The notes below the pieces were generated by a model that saw only the letters and a program-made list of their open reading frames with translations, made no database searches and was not told the origin of the DNA. Below are positions 23,336 to 35,300 of a stretch of 64,000 nucleotides of DNA, one piece after another; position 1 is the stretch's first letter; each line of letters opens with the position of its first letter. The stretch is taken from positions 20,956,001-21,020,000 of the forward strand of contig OZ249448.1 in assembly GCA_965235115.1 (NCBI GenBank), given 5' to 3'. Origin of the DNA: Laetmonice hystrix (lineage: Eukaryota). A program made the translations under genes and the position numbers.

Positions 23336-24021
23336 ACACCCCAACCCTGGGGTGGGTCTAGCCCCCCCCCCCCCCCGGGGGTGGGTTCTGAGCTCAGGTT
23401 TATACCCCTGGACCTGTCCTGAGTGCTATTGTTATAATTCGATTCTAGACTCTACTGTAGGCCTAAATATTAGATGGTCTGAAGAGCGAACCGTAGTCTA
23501 ACAATCTCTAGTTCAGTTTGCTTACATAGTGGTGTACCAAATGAATCTTCTCTGGCAGTGATCGTTGGAAATATTTTGATTTTGTCTCTTATATTGGGAC
23601 TAGAGTATTACAAATTAACATGGCGAGACAGTCCTAGCATCAAAGAATACAACAACACAATGAGTTCAACTAAGAATACCGACTCTCATCATCATGACAA
23701 GAGATGGAGCCAGAAGGCGTTCACACTTCACAGGTGTCAGCCTAGCCAAACGTGGCCAGGCGTTGGCGGCTTAACCAGAGGTACTTCTCCGTCCATATAA
23801 GGGTTCTGTAACAGATTGGCAATGAAGGAATGTACAATAAGAAAATACTCGAACTAATAAACCATATCAGATCATTTATTTATATCAGCGATGACCTCAA
23901 GTTATCGTGCATCCGAATATCGACCAGCTTACATCTGTCCTGCAGTGGTCCGACAATTCGATCCGCACGACTGGTTGACTAGATCTCTTGTACTGCTCTT
24001 AATTACACCATGACCAGGGGA

Positions 24022-24275
24022 GATTGATGGGGTTGGTCACGCTGGATTGATGGGGTTGGTCACGCTGGATTGATGGGGTTGGTCACGCTGGATTGATGGG
24101 GTTGGTCACGCTGGATTGATGGGGTTGGTCACGCTGGATTGATGGGGTTGGTCACGCTGGATTGATGGGGTTGGTCACGTTGGATTGATGGGGTTGGTCA
24201 CGCTGGATTGATGGGGTCACGCTGGATTGATGGGGTTGGTCACGCTGGATTGATGGGGTTGGCCACGCTGGATTA
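24022..24275. repeat. 23-bp minisatellite (~11 copies)
   Basis: Unit GATTGATGGGGTTGGTCACGCTG. Confidence 0.92.
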
Positions 24276-26087
24276 TAGATAAATTAACCCAATCACTTTT
24301 CACTCAAAATGATTTTGCTCTTTCAGGTTTTACGTAAAATAGACTTTATGACTTATCACGTATCACGTAAAATAATTGAGGACGTTTACAATTGAAATAA
24401 AATAATATTTTCCATTTATTCAAGGCCAATAACCCCCCCCCCCCCCGTCCCCCACGTGTCACGACTGAGTCATACCTTGAACCATTACCTGTCGGCCTAA
24501 ATATAGATTGCCACTGTACTGGTTCTGATTGGATAGGATCCGGCCCGGCCCGCTGTGGTTACAGTAACTGTTGTTTGTGTAAATGTTTACCTGGTGTTAC
24601 TATACGTTGTGCAATGTTTGGGCGCGTCACCAAGGCCCGTTACCAGGTGATCAGCCGGTCGGTCCAGTGCCTGCACCAAGCCGTCCTATATAACATCCCG
24701 CCGCAGTCTCAGTGGCCAGTGGACGGAGGGACGACACCGATAGCTGGTTACTAGGGGCCATGGCCGGGGCCGCCGTGTCCTGCCGGGGCCGCGCGGCCCA
24801 CACCGCCGTCACGGCCCTCGACTGGAGGTGGGTGTTGGTGCAGAATCAGAAATCTCCTCCATGACCAGCTTACTTCGTAGCCGTTCGGGGTTTCCGTGCT
24901 CCGGACACTCAGGCCGACGGACCCACACCGCAGCGCCCCCGCTATCGTTCCTCCGCTGAACGCCAGGGGGTGGTGTGGCCTCCCGAGGCCCCCCGGACCG
25001 TGCAGTCGTGACGTCCGTGACGTAATGTTCGGCGTCACAGCGGCCCGGTCTGTGATTGGGGGACTCGTGGAACAGCAGCAGACGAGTGACAAGCAGAAAA
25101 CGGTACGCTATTGTAAAGACTGTTCTGGCTGGTAGATTAATATTCCTTATCGTGTCGGTAGCACTCCCATTGAAAACCTAACAATGCTATAGGCCCACAG
25201 GAGGTCTGGTAATGTCTGTCATGGTTTGAAAGTCTGGATATTCTGAATCTATCCAGATCACCGTTCTGATTGTGCCCGATCAGGATGCCAATCGCACCCC
25301 GGGTGAGATGAGAATTTCCAAAGTATTTGTCTGAATTCCAAATTTGATCTCATTCGCATAAATTCAGAATCTATTCAGATTCCATCTCAACCATGACATT
25401 TGTACGGAGGTGGGTCTAATGAAAATATTTATCAAGGAATTATTTTTTAAGATTTTTACATGTAGGCCCCTATTCCTCGGCGTTTCCACGTATAGTCGTG
25501 TAATTTTAGCTGGAAATTCAGGTAGACTTCAACCTTTGCAAACCCTAAATATACCTTTTTATGACACGAGTCGTTCACACACAAAGAAGCTAGAATTGTG
25601 GTCGTTACGGTATCGTATCTGCTGACCTCGTTAGTCGTCGGTTCAGAGGTCAGAGTTCAGGAGGACCCCGAGAGGCTGGAAACATGACATGATATTGGTC
25701 TGTCAGGGAGAAAACTTCTGTCCTAGCGCCAACAACTTCCTCCGGCCTTCAGCTGGGAATGGATCGGACTCATGATGAACGTTAAGAAAACGTTATCGGG
25801 ACCAAGCGGTATTCCTGACTGGCGCATCACGCAATAGTAGAGAATTTGTCATTTAACGGAATCTGAGCCCGGTTTTAAAAAGTTTCTTGCTTAGTGTTTT
25901 TTACGCTAATACATTAAAACCATTATTGTTCCAAGACAGCAATGTTACACGTTAGAGAATTCTTTCGAAAGGAAGAAGGGCGTTGTTCCGGTATGCGGGG
26001 TTCTTCCTCTATCTTCATTGTCATCATCGGCCGACTGAATAAATAAATGAAAAGGTTTATATTCTCGCCCTAAAGATGGCCTACAGT

Positions 26088-26455
26088 TGCCGACAAACCA
26101 ATCCTCACCACCACCTCCACCAACCAACCAATCATCACCACCACCTCCAACCAACCAATCATCACCATCACCTCCAACCAACCAATCATCACCACCACCT
26201 CCACAAACCAATCATCACCACCACCTCCAACCAACCAATCATCACCACCACCTCCACCAGCCAATCATCACCACCACCTCCACCAGCCAATCACCACCTC
26301 CCCCATGACTAACAACAGCAATCATCACCACCACCTCCACAAACCAATCATCACCACCACCTCCAACCAACCAATCATCACCACCACCTCCACCAGCCAA
26401 TCATCACCACCACCTCCACCAGCCAATCACCACCTCCCCCATGACTAACAACAGC
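26088..26455. repeat. CCAATCATCACCACCACCTCCA(C)-type low-complexity tandem repeat
   Basis: Degenerate 22-26-bp units, with an internal ~128-bp higher-order duplication. Confidence 0.85.
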
Positions 26456-26595
26456 AGTGCCCTCCAACCTATAACTTAATGGCTAAATCTTACCTCCGGA
26501 TCCAGGAATAGAATTAAAGTCAACAATTACCAAGACTGAACTTCTGCCTTATCCTGGGGCAGCGATAAACCTCTCATAATCACAGCAATCGTAGC

Positions 26596-26670
26596 CCTGT
26601 CGTGCGTAAAAAAATCCCCAGTGAAAATACGATACGGCAAACTGACGACAGGTTGTGAAACGCACCCCAG
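26596..26670 (+). repeat. Dispersed ~85-bp repeat, copy 3 (internally deleted)
   Basis: Homologous to 809-894 and 5627-5712. Confidence 0.7.
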
Positions 26671-27457
26671 CTATAGTTTTATGCCTTGAAACTGGCGCGC
26701 CCAACCCGACTACATTATATACATTTAACTGGCACGACTGGCTCAGAATGGGGGAGGGGGTTCACGGCCTAAGAGACAGTTGGATGGAATTATGTATGAC
26801 CAGATTTCGAGCCACCAATATGCGACCATGTACGACCTCCTGCCGTGCTGTTTCACGAAGTACTGTCCTTCGGCGCGCAAAGATACACGTGAAGGCCCAC
26901 GCAATTTACATAGGCGTGCAGATGCACATAATATACATGGCCAATAGCCCAAATCCTTTCATAAGTCGATGGCACGTCTCCAAACATATTTTTTTTAACA
27001 ACTGAGCACGGATCTGTGTTGGTGATGTGATGGTTGACTGACTCGGCTCGTGTCCACCTTGACACGATGATGGCCGCCTACGGCATGTGTTACAGGTATA
27101 GGAGTCTGGGGGTGAGGGTTCAGGTGACACGTGGGGGGTTCCACGGGGCGGGGTGGTGACGGTCCGTGCCCTCTCCGGCACGGTCAGGGGGTAGGCAAAG
27201 GAGGTGGGGGGGGGGGGGGTGTTCGCACGGACCGACACCCCAAACTACCACCCTCGGCCAGGACGGTGCACCTGTATCGCCTGGCGCCTCAACTCCCACC
27301 CCCAACCCACCTGGCCCCACCCCCGGGTACAGGTAACAACTAACCGTGACGCGTGCTGGACGTACGGGCCAGCGTTCGACCCTGTCTGCCAACACACGGA
27401 CTACACCTGTAGACCGCCGGCGGGATCACTCAGAAACACCTGTATCACCGAGTAAAC

Positions 27458-28513
27458 ATGGCGGCTCATGTGGCTACCATCTCCACATCAACCTACCACC
27501 TTAACACGATGGTCGCCTGTCTGCTGACCACAGCACTCATGTTAACCAGAACCCCGACATCGGCGGGGGACGTCATACCAACCGTTCTGCCCGACACCTG
27601 TATCCAGGGACCCCATCACAAACCGGCACCCTCCGCCGAGACGGACAAGTTCGCAGAGTGCCGATCATGGAAGTACTCTTCGTGTTGTACGGTGAACGTG
27701 TCCCGAGAAATCCACCACCACCGAGCTAAATCTCTTTACGAGACCTACCACTGGGATCTGTGTGGTGACTTGTCAGCCGACTGTGAAAGATTCCTCAAGT
27801 GGGAGGAGTGCTTCTATCAGTGCGAACCCACACTTATATATTATGTACATCCCGAAATGCCGAGCGTCATACTAGATGTACCAATTTGTAGGCAGTATTG
27901 TGAATCATGGTTTGAGGTAGGTTAATGGTTTTATTACTACATACACATGTATATTTGGTGGTACATGTATGTACAGTCTGTATAGGGCGACCAAAAAATG
28001 CAAGGAAATAAAGTAAAATGAGGGCTACTCTATGCAGTACTAAGACGTTGCCCAAAACATATTTCGCTTATGCAATTTCCGTAACGCAAATTTACAAAAG
28101 GGATCTTTTTAATGCATTGGTATGTCTTTGTAGGCCTACATATGAGAAATTGATTATTTCTTTTTTGATAGGCCTGCAAGAATGACTTAACATGTGTGGA
28201 GGACTGGCTCTCCGACTTCCACTGGGACAAGGGTGAGAATATTTGCCCCACGAATTCCACCTGTGTCACGTTTGAAGAAATGTACGGCAACGCCAAGGGT
28301 ATGTGTAACCGGATGTGGGGGGACGCGTTCCTCTATCACCCGGATGTACGAGACTGCCTCGTTATGGAGTTTGACCCAGAACGAGGTAACCCGAACACGC
28401 TGAGACACGCCTCATCAGTCGCCTCGTCAGTGTCCTGGGTATCTACTGGCCTCCTCGTGGCCTCTTTACTGTCCAATCAGGGGGGCGTTGCTCTTGAATT
28501 ACAGTTATCGTAA
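27458..28513 (+). CDS. Folate receptor / riboflavin-binding protein family, 2 coding exons, ~266 aa, probably secreted or GPI-anchored
   Basis: Exons 27458-27916 and 28172-28513 (phase 0). Cys pattern CIQGPHHKPAPS..EC..W..SSCC..WDLCG.LS.DC..F...ECFYQCEP..VPIC..YCESWFEACK..TC..DW..MCNRMWG. It has a hydrophobic N-terminus and C-terminal tail. The start may be ATG 27458 or 27509. Confidence 0.9.
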
Positions 28514-28700
28514 TCGTTATGGCTGTTAACGAGAACGAGAGCGATATATTTTACTATAAGAATGCACACTGTTGCTCCTGGACCCCTCGTTTCGTATCTG
28601 CCGCGTATCTTAAATCTATAAGATACGATACGATAGCAGTTCGAGAATTATGACCCGGAAGTAGAACTATTCATAGAACGGCGCACATTTAGACACAAGT

Positions 28701-28842
28701 GAATGTGCCATATAAGATACGATGCGATACGATACGATACGAGTATTTGCATAGGTCAAATGTGGGTCAACGGTGCGTGGACAAATCGTCTATACGTGGA
28801 CCCCTGCTTACAATTTCTGGATCCACGCCTGCATTAATCCTC
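28701..28842 (+). repeat. Left copy of a ~120-140-bp direct repeat flanking the H2B orphon
   Basis: Matches 29791-29912 and ends in a CTGGATCCACGCCTG MITE-like end followed by CATTAATCCT. Confidence 0.8.
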
Positions 28843-28960
28843 TGGTTTTGCTTAGTTTATAAGGTGTCCCGCTTATAAAGGCCTATTATGTTCCCAATAC
28901 ATTGGAGTTCCGTTCCTGTCCGATACCACCTCATCAACATTTTCCAGACTTTGAGGGGGC

Positions 28961-29027
28961 TGAGAGAGAGAGTGTGTGTGTGAGACAGAGAGAGAGAGAG
29001 AGAGAGAGGAAGAGAGAGAGAGAGAGA
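28961..29027. repeat. (GA)n/(GT)n microsatellite
   Basis: Seen directly. Confidence 0.9.
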
Positions 29028-29111
29028 CCAACGCCATCTTGCTGGTCAAATGGGCCGGTAACCGGCCAGTAGCTTAGATTTCTGAAACGGCGAGTTCATA
29101 CATGGCTGCTG

Positions 29112-29294
29112 ATTGGCCTAGGCGTCACACGTGACGGCGGCAGCCTGCCCAGCGACTACAGCGCCAAACCTGCTCCCTAACAGGCACGGCGTCGGGATAT
29201 AATATGTGGCGCGACCAACGGAACGCGGATAAACCATGCATGGCTACTTTCAGGATGAACTCGCTGCTAATTTGCATACGACCTCATATATAAA
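29112..29294 (+). promoter_or_regulatory. Histone H2B-type promoter (reverse CCAAT, octamer, TATA)
   Basis: ATTGG at 29112, ATTTGCAT at 29270-29277 and TATATAAA at 29287-29294, about 40 nt upstream of the H2B ATG. Confidence 0.75.
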
Positions 29295-29335
29295 CAAAAC
29301 GCGCCGACTGGCACCTTAGTCCATACACTGACATC

Positions 29336-29533
29336 ATGCCGCCAAAACCAGCGTCGAAGGGAGCTAAGAAGGCCTCTAGCAAGGCCAACGCCGTCCGCAT
29401 GGACGACAAGAAGCGCAAGAAGACGAGGAGGGAATTCTACTCCATCTACATCTACAAGGTGTTGAAGCAGGTCCACCCAGACACAGGTATCTCTAGCAAG
29501 GTCATGTCTATCATGAACTCCTTTGTCAACGAT
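29336..29533 (+). pseudogene. H2B: 3'-truncated histone H2B (orphon)
   Basis: [13 protein letters not shown]...[40 protein letters not shown], then homology stops abruptly. There are substitutions at conserved sites (ESY to EFY, KAM to KVM). Confidence 0.92.
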
Positions 29534-29790
29534 CTACGAAACGAAACTAATGGTCCTTCTCAGGACGCCCACAACATCACAAAAGAATCGATCTTGCTAA
29601 TATTATATCCATACTCTAATACGTGCATTTTCTTTGCATGCCGCTAAACCTGTCCCTGGGAGTTATATAGTAATTATAGTTTTTATATGCATCAGGCGTA
29701 TTTTTATGCACCTTCTTTATTCACGATCATCGGGCTTTGCTGGAATTTGTTCACCAATGCCCGGCCGGTCGGCCATCTTTCGTATTAATT

Positions 29791-29912
29791 GAATGTACCA
29801 TGTAAGATACGATACGATACAATACGAGTATTTGCATAGGTCAAACCTGTGTGTCAACGGTGCGTGGACAAATCGCCTTACAATTTCTGGATCCACGCCT
29901 GCATTAATCCTC
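29791..29912 (+). repeat. Right copy of the direct repeat flanking the H2B orphon
   Basis: Matches 28701-28842. Confidence 0.8.
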
Positions 29913-31525
29913 CGGAAACGCCATAACGAGACGACTATGATGGATTTTTTTTCATAGCGATACGTGGAGCAACGGCGTGATAATAACCCAGACTCTACTT
30001 ACACCGACACAATTAAAAGTTTAATGACGAAACGATGAGGGATCGATGGACTCGCCAATTATCTGTCTGTCTGTCTGTCTATCTGTCTCTGTCTCTCCTG
30101 TCTTTCTATCCTCTCTCTGTCCTGTCTTTTTCAAACCTCACGCCGGTGACTCTGTACGTCAGTCAGTTACCGCCAGAAATGCTTGTCTGTAGCACCTTAA
30201 CTTAATTTGGACAGACAGGACGGTGGAAACGGTGCATTAAATTAATATGAAATACTGTTCTACCTGGTCAACCTTCTGATGTTTAAGTCGGGGTGCTTTG
30301 TGATAAAGAACCCACTATAATACAGCCATGTAGGCAATTGGTTTTGGAGGTGAGACCCTAATTTGTATATAAATGACTAAAGTTCTATGTGGACCTTAAC
30401 GCTGGGTGACGACTGTCGTATGCAGGACGTCGGTGTCACGTGCCTCACTGTCCATGTTACCCAGATTTTATCATTTTTATTAATATCTTTTAATAAATTC
30501 AACTTGCGGGAAGAAACTATGGATCGTCACCCATTTGTAGTCCCCCACCTCCAAGGCTTTGGTAGTCGCCTGTCAAATGTTTTTATCTTACTAAAACAAT
30601 GTGGTTGTGTTGGACACCACTCTGGAGGTCCAGCTTGACCTCCCCAATATAAAAAGCCACGGGACCACTGGTCACATGTACAGTGAACAGTCACGTCTGA
30701 AAATATCGCCTGGATAGACTCGGGTCTGTCTCCCATGAACTGGTTGATGGGTCAGAAGGAGCTTGCATGGGTCCACGTTCGGTCGTAGTCTGGCAACACG
30801 TGCTGATGGTCAAACACTGACAGTATGATGAGTCACATAGTGTCCACTTGGAGCCGGGAGGGTGCAAGGCTGAGAAAAGTGCGATACGACTCTTCTAAAG
30901 AGATGTAGCAATACAACCCGTTCCCCGTCAGTGGGTCGATCTGTGGCATAGTTCCGTATGACCGCTACCATTGGGTTATCACGTGTTGTATCAGACGCCA
31001 GATCTTCGAACGGTAGGATAAACGTATCTAGTCGACTAAGGCCAAGTTTACTATTTCCTTCTTTCTTTTTCTCTCTCACTCTCATTGCGAAACTGTAGAC
31101 CAAAAAAGGCCGTTTCTTAGAACTGTGCCAACATTCCTTCACGGCACATTGCCTTAGCGCATGTGTTTTTATGACTGTCCCCCAGCATGAATGTATTCAC
31201 CTAGAAGAGATCTGGTATACGGTCAAGTCAACATTCAGCATGTATGTTGACAGTCTCGGTGCTTATTCCACTTTCAGTGGACCAAAAGAATGTAGGTATA
31301 CAGCTGCCCTGCAGGATGTGAGAACAGTTCCCGGTTATACTGAGACAGGTAGAGAGAAATGGAATCGTCCACGACTTGAATTGACAACATCAGTCCGTAA
31401 ACAAACACTATTCACCGGCTCGTGGGGCCTAGATAGCAACTCAGGCACGACGCGTAATCATACATTTTTTTATTCCATCTGATCCACCAGTACGATACGG
31501 CAAGTTTTCATGTCATTTTAAGAGG

Positions 31526-31708
31526 CGCGTGTTCCGGCTAGATATGTCCGAACGGCTAGTTATATGTACGACAAGAGATATGTCAGCAAACATCAGCTAG
31601 ATGTGTCCGGTATCCGGATTACCGGACACATCTAGCTGATGTTTGCCGACATAATTATCTCCTATCGGACATAACTAGCCGTTGGGACGTATCTAGCCGG
31701 AACACGCG
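31526..31708. mobile_element. Near-perfect ~183-bp palindromic (foldback) MITE
   Basis: CGCGTGTTCCGGCTAGATA...TATCTAGCCGGAACACGCG, with pairing continuing to the centre (CCGGTATCCGGATTACCGG). Confidence 0.85.
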
Positions 31709-31726
31709 CGTTCATGGCAATCCCTA

Positions 31727-31850
31727 AAATAATAATCACAAAACTGTTTAACGTATCCCTAACTGAAGGCCAGTTTCCGGACGAGTGGAAACTGGCGAAG
31801 GTTATTTCACTTCATAGGGGAGGCTAGCTGATGTAAATAACTATACAGAC
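31727..31850 (+). mobile_element. Short LINE reverse-transcriptase fragment
   Basis: Translates IITKLFNVSLTEGQFPDEWKLAKVISLHRGG*..DVNNY, a typical CR1/L2-type RT N-terminal motif. Confidence 0.75.
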
Positions 31851-32328
31851 CTTCCACTACCAGTAGTATGGTATTTCAGGTCACATCAGTGGGATGTAAA
31901 TTAATTACACTATTAGGATAAATGGCTATTTAGGATTCCTTCATTTCTTGTAGTAAGTTTATGTTCATGATCTCTGTCGGTTCTCATTTGTTTTTCTTCT
32001 ATTCCTACCTGTGAACTGAAACCGTTTAAATTAAGGAATAACATTGAAAGCTTGGTTACATTGAAAAACGGCTTCAGCCGAATGTAAACGAATTTCTTTA
32101 AAGTGTATTCTGGAGTATAGTGTTGAAACATGTCTGCCATAATGTCTGCTACAATGCCTTCCACAACGTTATCCCCGATAGGCTACTTCATAGAAACGTC
32201 TGCACACAAGTCGTGTGCTCTGGTCGTATGTACACGAGACCAGTATTGTCTAATCGCCCAGCGCGCATGCCCATGTAGCGCTAAGCGCCCATGCTGCGCC
32301 TAGCGCCCTTCCAGCGCCCAGCGCCCAG

Positions 32329-35300
32329 CTAATACCCGGCTCCGGGCTGGCCGTCACTGCGGCCATCGGTTACTGATTGGATACAATCAATGACGTCACA
32401 GTGGGCCCCACAATAGGCACACTTGTTACGAATGGCTGTCACCTGCCCAATCACGTCCGTCGCCGACTGCGGGGTTTGACCTCGGACCCTCAGCCCGTCA
32501 CGGATATCCTGAAGTCAAAGAATATGACAATGATATATAGTAGGCCCCTATAGGTCTTACGCGGCTGAAGATTTACACCACGAAATAGGCCTAACTGGCC
32601 AAAATATAACCTCTAGGTCGAGATATTGATTTCACGTTCAAGGTTACAGTAGGCATAGACCTAATGTCAAACCTATCTCAGTGGGAGAAGGCGAGAGTGT
32701 TGAAACGGGTACCTATTGTTCGGATTGTGAGGCATAATCTACATATTTAGACCGAGACCGGATTAACGGGGTATGAGAGTGCCTGGACGTAGGCCTACCG
32801 ATGCGAACGCCCCCTCGTGGTAGAGACGGTCCGGAGACAGCTGATGATGGAGGCGCGGGTTGTCCACAGCAGCGTCCAGCCTTTTCTGGTAATAGAGGTT
32901 GTCCAGCGCCACCTAGCAGTTGTGAGAGACCATAACTTGGTAGGCCTATGACTGTGTTGTGTTTAAAGATCAAATAATTTGTTTAAAGCCGTTCAAACTT
33001 TATAAAATGGACTGAAATATTTCCCCAGATATCTCGTCCCTTAAAGCAGCATGCTGAACGCTGCGGGTACCTGAAGGAGGGCACTGATGCCGCGCTGCCC
33101 GCCCGTTGCCCCGGTAACGTAGACGACGTTGTCGTTTTTGTCGAGGACCAAGGAGGGAGACATTGATGACATGGGTATCTTGCCAGGCTGTAGGAGGTTG
33201 TCAGGGTGGTGTCTGGCCACTGTCGGTACAGAGAACGCCGCCATGGCGTTGTTAAGAACTATACCGGTCCTCTTACCAACGACACGGGAACCAAACCTGT
33301 GGAGGAATCAATGGCAGATTGACTCATGTTTTAGGACGTCACGTGGCGTGTTAGGAGCGTCAGAAGGTGGCGCCACTGGTTTGATGGGAGATGAACTCTC
33401 TCCCACTGAATATGGGCCTACAGAGAGATGGGAAAGGCAAAAGATTGAAAAGAAAGCAGGAGAAAAGAAAGGGAACATTGGGAATGTAGTAAGGAATAGG
33501 CCTATTTGAGGAGGGTGGAGAGGAAAGTAAGACCTTATGTGCTCACTTAGAGTTGATAGTGGAGGTAAGCGCCACAGCGCCACCTTGTGGGGTGATGACG
33601 CAGACGGTGTGACCGGTTTGCTCGTCGGGCATGGTGTACGGGTGGCCGTAGTGGGAGATGTTGTCGGCCGCCTGGCGGGAGATTTTGTGCCGGACACCCG
33701 ATAGGTACGCCTCGGACAGTCCCTGGTCGGCGGCCGGCTGAAACATTCAGAGAGTGAAGAAAGGAAGGTAGGATCTAGATCCGAGGAAAACACGAGGTCC
33801 TCATGACCCAACAGTGACTGTGGCAGCCTCCAGGTGTGTCTGTGTCGGTGAGTATAGATTTATCCCTCAAGAATCTTATTATACATCTTTGTGGCATGTA
33901 CATGTTCTTACAGTACATGGTGCCTTGATGGAAACTCTAAGGCGGAATAGTAGCATTGGCACGATGTTTTCATGATATTCCAAAAACTTCAGGTAACCTA
34001 CCTCTGGGTCGTTGTTGACATTGTCAAAACGTAGGAGAGATTCTTCTCCAAAGGTAAACTTAAGGGCCTCGATGAAAATATAGTCCGCCAATATTTGTGT
34101 GTCAAGGTTTTTAAGGTTCGCCTTCCCTAAGTCAAAACCTGTAAGTTAAAGTCACATTTCGTTAGAACTCGACCGTTCCTTTCTATAGGGCCCAGAGAGT
34201 GTGTCTTGTCTATCTCGATCCTGAAAGGAAATGTATCGAAAACTTAAAGTAGGACCTGTACACGTAGGATTATTTATATTTTCGGTTAGGCCGACGGGGA
34301 TATAGGATTACGAGAGGTCGCTCCAGTGGGCCGACCTGCAGTATTGAGCGGTATTGGGAACCGGGATAACATCTCATGCGGGATTTCCACCGGACGCGAG
34401 CCAGCGATTTGTTTTGGTGCGCGCGCTTCAAAAGTAGAAATAGTTTAAGTGATTGCAGTAATTTCCACCAGACGCGCACACATCATGCCAGCTGTCGCGC
34501 GCGCGATTTTTTAAAGTTGGTCAACTTTCAAATTTTGCGCTCGCTCGACGTAACGAGATTGTGTACTAGGAAATCTTCGCGACGCGCAAGACTGGACACT
34601 GCCATGTTGGGGTTTGCGCTCGCACCGGATGGAAATGGTCAAAGATGATGCGCTCGCGTTGTGCCGACCAGGCGCGCGAGTGTCAAAGATAAAATCGCTC
34701 GCTCGCGTCTGGTGGAAATCCCGCATTACCGTCCAGAATCTGGAGTGCGTAACGGAGGAGCGGCCCGCCAGATGGCGCGCGCGGTGTGTACAGTGTGAGA
34801 TTCATAGACGCCAGTGCTGCCCTCTGTGGGTCGGTGCTACGGGCCTGATACCGAGAAAAGTCCTCCTTCGTGATAACCCCTCCTGCGTGGGAAAAAAAAC
34901 AACAAACGCTCACTATCAGAATTCCGTGAATACTTGTCCTTTCGGCACGCAATGGCACAATTTGTAGGTTTATTTTCTTTTTTTTCTGTTTTCATATTCT
35001 TCGGACGTATGTGAGCGCAGAACTTTGAACATAAGTTATGTCATACCGGCATCCTTGATGTCGGCCACTAAGTCGTCCGCTAGCGCCCCCTGGTAGAAGC
35101 TGGTGGCATCAAAGCGGAGAATCTTGTAGGTGTTGAGGAGCCGGTCGTTACGGTAGGTGTCGCCCTCGTTCCGGAGTTCACCGTCCGGCTTCACGAACAT
35201 GGCCCTGAAACATACGTTTACATCACGTTATTTGGGGGGAGAGAAGGTAGAGCATGTCGTATGTCTTGTTCTCGCCCTGAAAATTCAAATATTGTAGAAT

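Noticed and set aside
24960-25010. Kunitz-like WCGLPRPPGPC
   Set aside because: The remaining Kunitz cysteines and aromatic motif are absent.
26070-26312. His/Pro/Gly-rich ORFs
   Set aside because: They come from translation of a low-complexity CCA/TCA repeat in all frames.
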